Shown here: one piece after another, positions 1-9,487 of the stretch
How the letters are laid out: each line of letters begins with the position of its first letter
Position numbering within the stretch: position 1 is the first letter of the stretch
IMG/VR virus record: IMGVR_UViG_3300032931_001151
Span: 1 to 64,000 of that record
Strand: one strand, 5' to 3'
DNA: 64,000 nucleotides
Program-made: the position numbers and the translations under genes
Notes under the pieces: model-generated
Told to the model about the DNA's origin: nothing
Databases searched by the model: none
Seen by the model: the letters and a program-made list of their open reading frames with translations, nothing else

Positions 1-744
1 TCACTTACGGTTATCCATCCATAGCCAAACAACTTTGATGTAATTATCCATAAAGTGATCTTTAATTGAGAATAAATCAAAATTCAACTTTTGTTTACCT
101 TTAATCCAATAAATTATTCTCTTCCAAAGGTTCATATACCCAATTTCTTTTCCATTATCATCCAATCTAATTTGATTACCGCAATGCTTATAATTAACCG
201 ATGGAACCATTGGAACTGCATCGTTATCATGAATAAATCGGAAATAGTCTATTTTCCTATTACTGAATATTTTAACAAACTTATCGTTTCCAACTCTAGG
301 TGAACCAAAAGTAACACATGATACTTTATTTACTAGTGGAAGATATATAGCACATAGAGTGGCTAAAGCACCCCCTAAACTATGTCCACAAACTACTATA
401 TCATAACCGCTATATGTTTGGTCTTCAAGTAATGAATTTACTTCATTTTTAACGGAATCATATGCTTTCCAAAATCCTTCGTGTACCTTACAAGTTGATC
501 CTAATATAATTACATCCTTTTGAATACACTTTAAGTCGGTTAATATATCATGTTCTCCTTGAGTGCCCCTAAAGGCAATGTAAAGTCTCTTAAAAGAAGC
601 ATCGGCCATAATGATACCTTGAGTATCTGTGGATTTATTACTAAGCCATTTAAGTTTAATTAATCCCGATACTACTACATCATTCTCTGATTGGTATATG
701 AGTGATGATAAAGTTAATGAATTCTGAATAATAGTATTGTCCAT
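1..744 (-). CDS. Lipase class 3 (alpha/beta hydrolase)
   Basis: IAFRGT, VHEGF, nucleophile elbow GHSLGGALA, TFGSPRVGN, DAVPMVP and a C-terminal His (DHFM). Confidence 0.93.
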   Translation of the reverse strand: MDNTIIQNSLTLSSLIYQSENDVVVSGLIKLKWLSNKSTDTQGIIMADASFKRLYIAFRGTQGEHDILTDLKCIQKDVIILGSTCKVHEGFWKAYDSVKNEVNSLLEDQTYSGYDIVVCGHSLGGALATLCAIYLPLVNKVSCVTFGSPRVGNDKFVKIFSNRKIDYFRFIHDNDAVPMVPSVNYKHCGNQIRLDDNGKEIGYMNLWKRIIYWIKGKQKLNFDLFSIKDHFMDNYIKVVWLWMDNRK

Positions 745-745
745 A

Positions 746-1405
746 TTATATTCCTTCTACTTTGAATATCTTTTTATTATTATCAATCGTTATACAATTA
801 CCACCCATAACTCCATTATCAAATACATACTCTATATTATCGTTCAAACTAGTTATTGTTTTATTATTTACAACATAACTACAAAACGATGGAAAATTAA
901 GAACATCTCCAACTTTATATTTGGGCACATATTTTTTAACAATAGATGCGCTATGCTTTGTAATGACCCATTGATATGGCATCTTGAACAATTCTTGTAA
1001 GGCATCTTGGAGATCCGTTTGATACTTTGGCGGTGGGCAATAGTAGCCTGGTTTTTCTATCTTAGATTGAATCTCCGATGAAGAGATAGTGACATTACCT
1101 TTATATCCCATAATAGGATCTATATTAGTGACATCTTGATACACTGTAAATTTTCCAAAAGTACCAGTTTTTTGTATTCCTACTTTAACATCACTTGAGA
1201 ATTTATTAAATGGTAGTCCATCAATCATACATTTAACAAATTCAAGAAATAATTCACTCTTAATAAAAATATCCGATTCTCCATATCTATTTTTAATAAC
1301 ATGAACAAATCTACTATTGTAACTATACGATACTATATCGGCTCTACATATGAAAGCATATTCTCCTCGGTCTAATTCTTCTTTTGAGTTGTAATGGATA
1401 ATCAT
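746..1405 (-). CDS. Hypothetical protein; central segment resembles the C-terminal part of T4 gp23/gp24 capsid proteins
   Basis: 219 aa ORF abutting both neighbours; GTFGKFTVYQD..MGYKG..GYYCP is similar to recalled gp23 GVLGGKYRVYID..VGYKG..GIYYAP. Confidence 0.45.
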   Translation of the reverse strand: MIIHYNSKEELDRGEYAFICRADIVSYSYNSRFVHVIKNRYGESDIFIKSELFLEFVKCMIDGLPFNKFSSDVKVGIQKTGTFGKFTVYQDVTNIDPIMGYKGNVTISSSEIQSKIEKPGYYCPPPKYQTDLQDALQELFKMPYQWVITKHSASIVKKYVPKYKVGDVLNFPSFCSYVVNNKTITSLNDNIEYVFDNGVMGGNCITIDNNKKIFKVEGI

Positions 1406-1740
1406 TTTAGTTCCCTTCTTAATTGATTTTTTAGATTTTTTAATTCATTTTCTTTAGTTGCTATCTCAACATTTAATTTGTCAATTTTAGATACATTTGT
1501 TTTTCCATACATAAAGAAATTATAAACTTGCATTTCCTCTTTTGGTGTTAAATTAACCTCTTCGCTATATAATACAAAAGAAATGAATTCCTTCGTCATA
1601 GACAAAGAAAATACTTTGTCACCTCCCGTAAAATCGTTAGATGGTTGAAGGCTCTTTAACTCTTTCCCATTCCTATATACCTTATGGCCCAACTCCGGCA
1701 AAAGAGTATTTGAATATGCATATGGATAAAATTTTAACAC
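1402..1740 (-). CDS. Hypothetical protein
   Basis: ORF in a tightly overlapping minus-strand run. Confidence 0.7.
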   Translation of the reverse strand: MLKFYPYAYSNTLLPELGHKVYRNGKELKSLQPSNDFTGGDKVFSLSMTKEFISFVLYSEEVNLTPKEEMQVYNFFMYGKTNVSKIDKLNVEIATKENELKNLKNQLRRELK

Positions 1741-1934
1741 TCAATCTCCTTAATAAATTCATTAAATACTTCGGAATATTCCGGATAACGTTCTTTTGCT
1801 CTATATGGCCCATTGTAATGCAACTCCGAAGCAACGGCATCTGGAAGAAATAGTATAAGCCTTTGTCTATCCAAATTAAGCAACTTTTTGTCTCTTATAT
1901 ACTTCTCAAGAGATAATTTGAGTTCATCATCCAT
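1734..1934 (-). CDS. Hypothetical protein
   Basis: 66 aa, overlaps both neighbours, AAGGA RBS. Confidence 0.65.
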   Translation of the reverse strand: MDDELKLSLEKYIRDKKLLNLDRQRLILFLPDAVASELHYNGPYRAKERYPEYSEVFNEFIKEIEC

Positions 1935-2397
1935 TTAGATATTCCTTATATTCTTTGATTAGATAAGAGAAGAGTTGAACAGTAGTTTTTGTTCTTCTCT
2001 CGTAGAAATATCTAGTTGATACGGCCCATTCATAGCATTCATGAGAATTATGAATTAGTTTTCCAAAATGGCCATAAATTCCACACGTCGGTTCAATAAA
2101 ATATACTTTATCTTTTAACTCACCATAACTTCCAATTGACATTAAGAATCGATAATGTGCTATATGTATTTCCAAGTACGATTGTCCATCTACACATATC
2201 TTATCTTTTATTTTTACGAATAATGCTGGTATTTTCTTTTTATTTTTCCAAAATAATATACCACTATTTTCCATTTTACTAAAATTTGCGTCAAGTATAT
2301 CTTTTAACTCATTGAATTTCTCAACAAGAGGATCAAAAGATTTATCAATTTCCTTTTGTATATCTATTGAATCTTGAAAGTCGGATTGTAGTGTCAT
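1927..2397 (-). CDS. Hypothetical protein
   Basis: 156 aa, ATGA overlap with the upstream gene. Confidence 0.7.
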   Translation of the reverse strand: MTLQSDFQDSIDIQKEIDKSFDPLVEKFNELKDILDANFSKMENSGILFWKNKKKIPALFVKIKDKICVDGQSYLEIHIAHYRFLMSIGSYGELKDKVYFIEPTCGIYGHFGKLIHNSHECYEWAVSTRYFYERRTKTTVQLFSYLIKEYKEYLNG

Positions 2398-2648
2398 GTT
2401 GTTTCCTTTTTATGGATTATATCAATTTGAATTTTCTTGTCAACCGATTTCTTAAACAATCTATAAGGCCATATAAGCAATAAACACGATAAGGATACTA
2501 TTATTGAAATTAATAATATACTTATGGAACATATAATAACCAATATAAGAATCCAAATAGGTAATAACCAAATAAACCATGGACCAGCAATATATACCAT
2601 TAATGCTAGGAGAGTAGTTATAGAGATGATATAGGCTACTTTGAGCAT
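2394..2648 (-). CDS. Hypothetical membrane protein
   Basis: 84 aa with long hydrophobic stretches and a basic C-terminal tail. Confidence 0.65.
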   Translation of the reverse strand: MLKVAYIISITTLLALMVYIAGPWFIWLLPIWILILVIICSISILLISIIVSLSCLLLIWPYRLFKKSVDKKIQIDIIHKKETT

Positions 2649-2830
2649 ATATTTTCCAATTGGAGATGAAATGATCTTAAGAATTGGAAAAAGTAAACTC
2701 CATACATGTATCCATCAAAGAATATAAGATATTTACTTTGTTCTGCCTGTTTTAATTGAGTATCATTGAAACTTAATAGTTCCATAATCTCTTTTCTACT
2801 ATACCTCTTAAATGGCTCTATATTAGTCAT
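2636..2830 (-). CDS. Hypothetical protein (possible small HTH)
   Basis: YSRKEIMELLSF; coupled in the minus-strand run. Confidence 0.55.
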   Translation of the reverse strand: MTNIEPFKRYSRKEIMELLSFNDTQLKQAEQSKYLIFFDGYMYGVYFFQFLRSFHLQLENICSK

Positions 2831-3434
2831 CTATTTTATCTATTGCCGCACGAAGTTGCTTAATCCACTTATTTCTACCATCAACTCTTTCGTTTTCCTC
2901 TTTGTCGTGTTTAATATTATATTCAATTGCATCTTGTAACATTTTTAATTCTTCTTTATGCCATTCCTCAAAAGTTAATTTTGAAACTCTTTTAATAGAA
3001 TCTACATAATATTTAGTATTACAATCAAAATCAATAGAACTAGTAATTTGTGATTCCATAAACTTCTTATATTCATCATGATCTGTAGATGGAGGTTCAA
3101 ATTTCCTTACTTTAGCGAGCATTATTTCATATTTATTTCTAAGGTTATTCATCTTATCAATTGATTTTTTAGACGAAGCAATGCTATTCTCTTTATATTC
3201 ATTAAAAGAGTCTAGTAATTCTTCTTGCGACGTTGTTATGAAATCTTCAAGTTTTCTTTTAGATTCTCCTATTTTATTTGAGTAATAGTCACTCTTAGGA
3301 AATTGTTCTGGTATTGGAGTATTTCTAGGCTCGTCTCGCATATCTACACAAGCACCAAAGGCTCTAGCACAACTTAGTGCATACTCTTTAAATGAAATTC
3401 CATTTTCAATGTCGTATGTGTATCCGGTGGGCAT
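2823..3434 (-). CDS. Conserved phage hypothetical protein
   Basis: Start moved to the ATG at 3434 (MPTGYT..CARAFGAC..MRD) after an AAGGA RBS; motif familiar from phage hypotheticals. Confidence 0.75.
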   Translation of the reverse strand: MPTGYTYDIENGISFKEYALSCARAFGACVDMRDEPRNTPIPEQFPKSDYYSNKIGESKRKLEDFITTSQEELLDSFNEYKENSIASSKKSIDKMNNLRNKYEIMLAKVRKFEPPSTDHDEYKKFMESQITSSIDFDCNTKYYVDSIKRVSKLTFEEWHKEELKMLQDAIEYNIKHDKEENERVDGRNKWIKQLRAAIDKIDD

Positions 3435-3519
3435 AATGTATTCCTTTAAAATGATTTTGTGAATATAGTTAAGTAACTCATGAATTGCAACCAACAATCT
3501 ATTATTAGTTCCTCTAGCA

Positions 3520-3924
3520 TTATAGATGTATGCACGTTCCACCACCATACCGAAGTACGTGACATTCTTTTTTAAAGTCTTCTTTGCTTATATCTTCTTT
3601 AATCCAATCATTTTCAATTGCAGTCCTAAACCACAATTTAGCTACAAAATGGACGACCATAGAAAATTCCGCATCATTTTTAAAATCAAGATTGTCACCT
3701 TCATCTACATTGCGTGCAATAGCAAACCCTTTAGCACACCATAGATTTTGAGCATTCATTTGTTCAACAATATATTCCTCTATATTCTCTACTGGAATCG
3801 TATCGGGGATCTTGGTTTCATCGGAATTGTCATAGTAGTACCATCTAACAAAGTATTCTATATACGGCTTAGGAAGATCCATAAGCGACTTATAATTTCC
3901 GTAAAGATATTCTGGGTATTTCAT
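3520..3924 (-). CDS. Hypothetical protein
   Basis: 134 aa in the minus-strand run. Confidence 0.7.
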   Translation of the reverse strand: MKYPEYLYGNYKSLMDLPKPYIEYFVRWYYYDNSDETKIPDTIPVENIEEYIVEQMNAQNLWCAKGFAIARNVDEGDNLDFKNDAEFSMVVHFVAKLWFRTAIENDWIKEDISKEDFKKECHVLRYGGGTCIHL

Positions 3925-3926
3925 AA

Positions 3927-4403
3927 TTAATTCCAGTATTGTACTACGCCAAATTTCGGACTTACTTCAAACCCTCTAACATTAGTAAGCCATTGAATAT
4001 AATCTGAATATTTTTTATGCAAAATACTAAGACATTCATCTCTAGTTCCATCCGATATTATACTAATCGGAGAATCTTCAAATGTCCCCAGAACTTCCCC
4101 AGATTTACGTTGATTAGGAAGTAAAATGATAAAATCCTCTTTTTGATCAACATCCGTTGATGCGATGTACATCTTATCAACCCATTCCTCTTTTTTACCA
4201 TCCCAATCACCCCAAATACTCTTTCTTATTTTTGCTTCTTTTGGTAATTTAACTATTTTAGAGCCACATTTTGGACAAAACTCCTCTTTAGTGTTTGGTT
4301 TGGATCCTCCGTGTTTTGGACATGCATCAACTTCTATCGTTTTAGTAGTAAAAATATTCCTAAGTTGAAGGAATGCTCCGACATATGTATATTTGTTATT
4401 CAT
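3927..4403 (-). CDS. Hypothetical zinc-ribbon protein
   Basis: CPKH...FCPKCGSKI. Confidence 0.65.
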   Translation of the reverse strand: MNNKYTYVGAFLQLRNIFTTKTIEVDACPKHGGSKPNTKEEFCPKCGSKIVKLPKEAKIRKSIWGDWDGKKEEWVDKMYIASTDVDQKEDFIILLPNQRKSGEVLGTFEDSPISIISDGTRDECLSILHKKYSDYIQWLTNVRGFEVSPKFGVVQYWN

Positions 4404-4612
4404 TTTCTTATTCCTTTATAGTTCGGATTCCTAATAAGTCCACCTTTAAATTTCTTCGGCTCATTCTTTGGCTTATCCCCACATTCCGAGCATTTGTTCA
4501 AAAACTTAATAGAGAAATCTAAATTATTATACTCGTCTTCGGTCATAGTAGATGAGTAAGAACATTTATTGCACTTCAACTCAAAAGATTTAATTTCTGC
4601 CACTTTTATCAT
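4400..4612 (-). CDS. Small zinc-ribbon protein
   Basis: CNKC...CSECG; directly downstream of promoter 4633-4660. Confidence 0.65.
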   Translation of the reverse strand: MIKVAEIKSFELKCNKCSYSSTMTEDEYNNLDFSIKFLNKCSECGDKPKNEPKKFKGGLIRNPNYKGIRK

Positions 4613-4632
4613 TTTAGGTTCCTCGGAAGTTG

Positions 4633-4660
4633 ATTATAAGTTGAAATTCTATAAAGTCAA
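4633..4660 (-). promoter_or_regulatory. Early sigma70-type promoter TTGACT-N16-TATAAT
   Basis: Boxes read directly; intergenic. Confidence 0.8.
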
Positions 4661-4884
4661 CCTTCAAATCTAATAGCTTCCCAACCGCATACTTTGCAAG
4701 ATTTATCGTAGTATTTAACTCCATGGAAGTCATATTTCCTAGTGTTTTTGGAAACTATATTAACTACTTTACAATTCTCGCAAATACCGTGCTTCTTATT
4801 AGCAAGAAAATATGACTTAGGAGAACTACTTTTTCCCATAATGCATATAATACTACCTTTAACAAATCCATTATGTTGATTCAT
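4657..4884 (-). CDS. Small Cys-rich hypothetical protein
   Basis: Start moved to the ATG at 4884, which overlaps the pspC-like stop (ATGA); CIIC, CENC, CKVC. Confidence 0.6.
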   Translation of the reverse strand: MNQHNGFVKGSIICIMGKSSSPKSYFLANKKHGICENCKVVNIVSKNTRKYDFHGVKYYDKSCKVCGWEAIRFEG

Positions 4885-5051
4885 TTGGCTACCGCAAAAA
4901 TACCGAGTAGTAGATAGATAACTAAAAATGTTCCAACGGAACTTAAAAGTAAAATAATAGCAATGCAACGGATGAGAAAAACATCAATTTCCGTTTTGTT
5001 GCTTATAGTAGCACATACGCCCATTAGAGTTGCTTCGGCTTTCTTGCTCAT
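4881..5051 (-). CDS. pspC: PspC-domain membrane protein (56 aa, absent from the ORF track)
   Basis: Manual translation MSKKAEATLMGVCATISNKTEIDVFLIRCIAIILLLSSVGTFLVIYLLLGIFAVAK fits the PspC pattern GVC..ID..L(I/V)R..TM..IYL; AAGGAG RBS. Confidence 0.8.
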   Translation of the reverse strand: MSKKAEATLMGVCATISNKTEIDVFLIRCIAIILLLSSVGTFLVIYLLLGIFAVAK

Positions 5052-5071
5052 TGATATCTCCTTATATTGGA

Positions 5072-5099
5072 ATTATAGTAAACAAAAAGTAGAAGTCAA
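5072..5099 (-). promoter_or_regulatory. Early promoter TTGACT-N16-TATAAT
   Basis: Upstream of the pspC-like gene. Confidence 0.8.
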
Positions 5100-5103
5100 G
5101 GAT

Positions 5104-5715
5104 TTAAATATTTCCAAATTCATTGGGATAGATGTAGTTTTGATCAAATCCCTTGTATTCTATGCATCTTAATATACTAAATAGTCCTTGTATTTCCTTA
5201 ATATACTCTTCAGAAGATACTATAGTCTCGTCACCAACATAGTTATCCGCTATATAATATTCTATGTAACATAGAGTTATCAAAGTTGCAATGCGTAACT
5301 CAGTTATTCTATCGAGATGATATGGTTTCCTTATAGAATTGAATGCTATCCCATTAGGATTGGCTTTATATTCTTCTTGACAATGAATTCTATTAATATA
5401 AGTCGTATAATCAAATTTGTATTGGTATAGAACTTGATCAATTTTACTACTATTCACCCGCCAACATGAATTCTTCATATCATCATTAGCCCAATAATCA
5501 TCTACACTCTCAAAGTCCTTTGGAATGTGGTCAAAGAAATATCGAAGTTTCTCTTTTGCTCTTTGGAGAGTGCAAATCAATGAAGGTTCATTATCAATGA
5601 TATACGGATTCTTTAATGGTGGTAAGTAGACACTTAAATCAATTTTAGAATAATCATTAAATGGATTTATGATTCCGGGAAGTGGATACGGGAAAATTGA
5701 TTTGTAGTCAAACAT
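5104..5715 (-). CDS. Hypothetical protein
   Basis: 203 aa, TAATG overlap. Confidence 0.7.
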   Translation of the reverse strand: MFDYKSIFPYPLPGIINPFNDYSKIDLSVYLPPLKNPYIIDNEPSLICTLQRAKEKLRYFFDHIPKDFESVDDYWANDDMKNSCWRVNSSKIDQVLYQYKFDYTTYINRIHCQEEYKANPNGIAFNSIRKPYHLDRITELRIATLITLCYIEYYIADNYVGDETIVSSEEYIKEIQGLFSILRCIEYKGFDQNYIYPNEFGNI

Positions 5716-6122
5716 TAGTGAAACTCCACATCTTCATTTGCTTGAATGGCTTTTTCCAATCCTTTAATAAATGATTTAGTTTTACCTATAAAATACTCAT
5801 TGAGTGGATCCATTAGAGGAAGTAACTCTTCTAACCTATCTTTAAGCGGTTTCAATTGCTCTATTTTAATACTACCCTCGCAATCACTATGACATATAAG
5901 AATCATAATAGGATCTTTAGGAGTTTCTTTCCACTTCCCTTTAATATTTTGTTTTGTATAAATTGACCAATCTATATCTGGTTCCATATACTTGTATTTA
6001 AATCCTAAATCCATTTCAAAAGATTTATATTGTATTCTTGCAAGTTCCCCTAAATATCTTCTCCACTGACTAAAAGATGAATAAGATCCGTGCCAACAAT
6101 CGTGAGAAGTATCAAGCCCCAT
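5715..6122 (-). CDS. Conserved phage hypothetical protein
   Basis: MGLDTSHDCWHGSYSSF..HSDCEG..VEFH pattern. Confidence 0.75.
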   Translation of the reverse strand: MGLDTSHDCWHGSYSSFSQWRRYLGELARIQYKSFEMDLGFKYKYMEPDIDWSIYTKQNIKGKWKETPKDPIMILICHSDCEGSIKIEQLKPLKDRLEELLPLMDPLNEYFIGKTKSFIKGLEKAIQANEDVEFH

Positions 6123-6396
6123 TTGAGATTCCTTTATAGTAAGGGTATCCTAATTCCATTAAAAGTTGATTATAAGAATCCATTTCGGCTTTTGAAGTAA
6201 TGACTTCTTCCAATGCAAAATCGTATGCTTGACTTCCGTCTTCACAGTCATTCTTTTCCTCTTTAGCCGATTCGGCATTAACCGAAGCAATGAAAATTTG
6301 TTGTCTAAGCCATTCTCCCAGTGACTTAACGGATACAAATTCTCTATCAACAAACCCATCTTTACTTGGAATATATTCTAAATTAATATGATGCAT
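6112..6396 (-). CDS. Hypothetical protein
   Basis: 94 aa, AAGGA RBS. Confidence 0.65.
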   Translation of the reverse strand: MHHINLEYIPSKDGFVDREFVSVKSLGEWLRQQIFIASVNAESAKEEKNDCEDGSQAYDFALEEVITSKAEMDSYNQLLMELGYPYYKGISNGA

Positions 6397-6405
6397 TTGA
6401 TCCTT

Positions 6406-6900
6406 TCAAAACGGTGGCTCATCGGTTTCTTGTAAATATTTAATTTCAATTGGCTTTTCAACTAAATTCATCCCAACAATTTTCTTGTTTTTCTCATATG
6501 CATCAATTGTTCTATCATATCCTTGGATTTCTACATCACCAAATTCATCTATTTCGGATGATAGCCACTTAATATCACCTAAATAGTGAGATTCGTGAGT
6601 TGTTTTATCATACGAAATATACATTGTATTTAATTGTTTATTTGGAATGACCATATATTCACCATTAATGACCCTATAATATTCTTTTCCGTCTTCCTTA
6701 TAAGCTGGTTCCAAAATAACATAAGTTCGTGAAGTAATAGAGCCGATAGTCCATAGTTCAACTAATTTTTCTTTAGTAATTGGTTCTATACTTTTAATAA
6801 TAGCATCCACTTTATTTGAAATATCATCTTGTTGAGTTTTAGTTAGTGGAAATTTCTTAAGTTTCTTTCTAATATTCTTTAATGGCTTCAATAAATCCAT
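6406..6900 (-). CDS. Hypothetical protein
   Basis: 164 aa after promoter 6921-6948; acidic EPPF C-terminus. Confidence 0.7.
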   Translation of the reverse strand: MDLLKPLKNIRKKLKKFPLTKTQQDDISNKVDAIIKSIEPITKEKLVELWTIGSITSRTYVILEPAYKEDGKEYYRVINGEYMVIPNKQLNTMYISYDKTTHESHYLGDIKWLSSEIDEFGDVEIQGYDRTIDAYEKNKKIVGMNLVEKPIEIKYLQETDEPPF

Positions 6901-6920
6901 AATTATTTTTCCTTTGCCAC

Positions 6921-6948
6921 ATTATAGGCATCGGAAGCAACTTGTCAA
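6921..6948 (-). promoter_or_regulatory. Early promoter TTGACA-N16-TATAAT
   Basis: Both boxes are perfect consensus. Confidence 0.85.
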
Positions 6949-6950
6949 GT

Positions 6951-7514
6951 TTATTTAAATAACTTAATTTTTACATTCGTTGATATTATCTCTTTAATAG
7001 CATTTTTTTCATATTTCATATTATGCCATGGAAGCATTTGATCGGATGTATTATAATAATGGCTATTATATCCACTAGCAAATCCATAAAGATTTAATTC
7101 TTTGAAAGAAATATTATTTACTATCCACCTAATCATTGTCAACCCGGTAGTTTCAAATCCACTCCGCATTTTCTTATTTAATAAAATTGTTGAAGGTATT
7201 TTATACGGAATATATTTACTAACATCATTTTGAATTTCTACACTACTCACAAACCAATGTTTTAAATTGGAAATGTCAAAAATTGGAGGAGTATTACAAT
7301 AAAAGTGACAATATACATCCAATTTACTTCCTATATGTATATTGATGTCATTAGATTTAATGTTTTTGTTGAATTCATTAAATCTAATGACAATATCATT
7401 AGAATCTATTGATTTCCCATAATTTGATTTCAAAAGACTATCGGAGTTGCTTACGACTCCGATAGATGCATTATGAAAGAAATTATAGTTACTATTAGTA
7501 AAAAGTAATTTCAA
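6951..7514 (-). CDS. Glycosyltransferase family 29 (sialyltransferase-like)
   Basis: Sialylmotif L-like VVSNSDSLLKSNYGKSIDSNDIVIRFN, GSK, S-like TTGL..LYGF, HYY, and VS-like HNMKYE. Confidence 0.8.
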   Translation of the reverse strand: MKLLFTNSNYNFFHNASIGVVSNSDSLLKSNYGKSIDSNDIVIRFNEFNKNIKSNDINIHIGSKLDVYCHFYCNTPPIFDISNLKHWFVSSVEIQNDVSKYIPYKIPSTILLNKKMRSGFETTGLTMIRWIVNNISFKELNLYGFASGYNSHYYNTSDQMLPWHNMKYEKNAIKEIISTNVKIKLFK

Positions 7515-8323
7515 TTAGATGTAACCGATTTTATAACCCAAAAGTCACATGCTAAATTTGGATTTGTTATATATGAATACGGCATCCAGAAATGTCCATT
7601 TATTCCCCATTTAGGACCCCAAGAATTTCTAATTAAGAATGCTTGTTTTTCATCCGAATAACCAACCGATGTCACGGCATGTCCACCGCAATGTCCTTCG
7701 CCTGGTTGTGGCATTCTTAATATGCCGCCCTTAGACATTTCTTCACTTTCAAAATATTGATACACTTGAAACCCGAATACGAAAGGATGGCCTTGGGCTA
7801 TACAAGCCTTTAGTTCATTTATATTTGTTCCATTAAGTGATGAATACTCTATACTTTTATGTAGCAGTGCATCTTGATAGGCTTGATCTATTGGTTTTGT
7901 AGCAAATTGAGATTCAATATATGGCCAAATTGTTTCTTTACATGCACCATAGACATTGACGGCTTTTATTCCATCACGAATGCAAGCGCCGCAATCTTGA
8001 TTTATAGTTCCTTCCATCATTCTTTCATTATAGTATATGAATAAACGGGAAGGAATGAAATCTAATAATTTATTTTGAGTTATTTGATCGTATTCTATGG
8101 CAGCCGCAATAGCATTTCCAGTACAACTTCCAACTTTACCTTGATCGTAAATAGTTGGTATTACGGTAGATAGATCGGCTTTAGTTGGAACGGGGATATA
8201 TTGAGATACTTTGAACTTCTTATCTCTTGTATCTATCTTATCCTTTTTCCACCCATATACTCTCTTCGTTTCCTTTTTGAAGAGACTCTTAAGAAACTTT
8301 ACCAATTTTTTGAGTAATACCAT
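7511..8323 (-). CDS. Papain-like C1 cysteine peptidase
   Basis: DQGKVGSCTGNA (Gln, Cys), GGHAV (His), IRNSWG (Asn). Confidence 0.95.
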   Translation of the reverse strand: MVLLKKLVKFLKSLFKKETKRVYGWKKDKIDTRDKKFKVSQYIPVPTKADLSTVIPTIYDQGKVGSCTGNAIAAAIEYDQITQNKLLDFIPSRLFIYYNERMMEGTINQDCGACIRDGIKAVNVYGACKETIWPYIESQFATKPIDQAYQDALLHKSIEYSSLNGTNINELKACIAQGHPFVFGFQVYQYFESEEMSKGGILRMPQPGEGHCGGHAVTSVGYSDEKQAFLIRNSWGPKWGINGHFWMPYSYITNPNLACDFWVIKSVTSN

Positions 8324-8330
8324 TTGAAAC

Positions 8331-8359
8331 CCCCTTTATATAGTATATTTATAAAGGGG
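8331..8359 (-). promoter_or_regulatory. T4-type late promoter TATAAATA (8346-8353) inside a 10-bp hairpin that pairs the peptidase RBS
   Basis: Perfect inverted repeat CCCCTTTATA-N9-TATAAAGGGG; the SD-like AAGGGGG lies 6 nt before the ATG. Confidence 0.75.
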
Positions 8360-8373
8360 TATTTAGTTAGAAA

Positions 8374-9036
8374 TTATTCCCAAAAAACTTCGTGCCATAT
8401 ACCGTTAACACGAGTCCCATATCCCATCTTATTAAGAGTGCTACATAAGTCAACATAAACCTCGTTAGATAGATACATACCAACTCCACGAATCCCCGTA
8501 TTACCGTAGTCACCAATAGAGTTTAATGTTGCGAAGTGTTTTCCATCTTTCTTTGCATCTTCAATTCTCTTTAATATTTCGTTTAATAGCCTATCACAAA
8601 CCTTTGATTCTTTATTTACATGCAAGGTGGCAACTTCAACAACTCCAAATTTCTTTTTAAGTCTTTCAAATTCTTCTTTATCCTTTCTATCTTGTGCATC
8701 TTGTTGCGCCTTTTTAATTTCCTCATCTTTTTTCTTTTGAAGATTATCAAAGTACTCAATAAGAGATTTTTTTGAAACTAATGCCTCAATTGGAATAACG
8801 TATGCATCACTATGGCAACCACCAAATGCTAAATCTTCAACTAATACAAAGTATACCGAATCATCTCTAACTTCTAATTCTTGAATTGAATAATAAGACT
8901 CAAAAAATCTATCATAAAGTCTATTATAGATTGGCCTTAAATTCTCATCAATTAGTGATTGAATATCTTTGAGTTGTTGCGAAGCCTTCTTGTAGTAGGC
9001 TTGGATCTCCTTAAGCCGTTCAATAGTAGTAATCAT
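8374..9036 (-). CDS. Hypothetical two-domain protein
   Basis: 220 aa; C-terminal domain resembles the 19994-20305 product. Confidence 0.7.
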   Translation of the reverse strand: MITTIERLKEIQAYYKKASQQLKDIQSLIDENLRPIYNRLYDRFFESYYSIQELEVRDDSVYFVLVEDLAFGGCHSDAYVIPIEALVSKKSLIEYFDNLQKKKDEEIKKAQQDAQDRKDKEEFERLKKKFGVVEVATLHVNKESKVCDRLLNEILKRIEDAKKDGKHFATLNSIGDYGNTGIRGVGMYLSNEVYVDLCSTLNKMGYGTRVNGIWHEVFWE

Positions 9037-9257
9037 GTAATGTCCTTCCCTAAATTTCTTGCCTCGTACTTATCAATACTTTTTTTGCAAATATAGGTGA
9101 TATATAGGCTTACGGCTATATTCAAAGCATCTTTTGATGGTATTTCTCCAATAGTTTTTGACTCCACTACGGCGAAATTTATACAAAGTATAGCATATAA
9201 ACCAAAAACCAATAAACCAATGGTTTGAGCATAATAATTGAATTTTTCAAAAGTCAT
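9033..9257 (-). CDS. Hypothetical membrane protein
   Basis: Two hydrophobic segments; ATGA overlaps. Confidence 0.6.
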   Translation of the reverse strand: MTFEKFNYYAQTIGLLVFGLYAILCINFAVVESKTIGEIPSKDALNIAVSLYITYICKKSIDKYEARNLGKDIT

Positions 9258-9487
9258 TGAGTTTCCTTATCAAGAATTTGAAGGATTTCTACTAGAAATG
9301 GATGGGTTTCTTCCATTTTAGACATGGTTTCATTTGAAGAATCCGCTTGCTTTTCATAGAATCCTTTAACATAGATAGACGGATTAGTTTCAAGAATATC
9401 TATGCAACATTGAAGGTTTCTTTGCTCATCCATGTATCTTTGAAGAATTTCTAGTCTACCCATTTTAGTATCCCGTACATTTTGCAA
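9254..9487 (-). CDS. Hypothetical protein (start uncertain)
   Basis: ORF in the run. Confidence 0.55.
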   Translation of the reverse strand: MQNVRDTKMGRLEILQRYMDEQRNLQCCIDILETNPSIYVKGFYEKQADSSNETMSKMEETHPFLVEILQILDKETQ

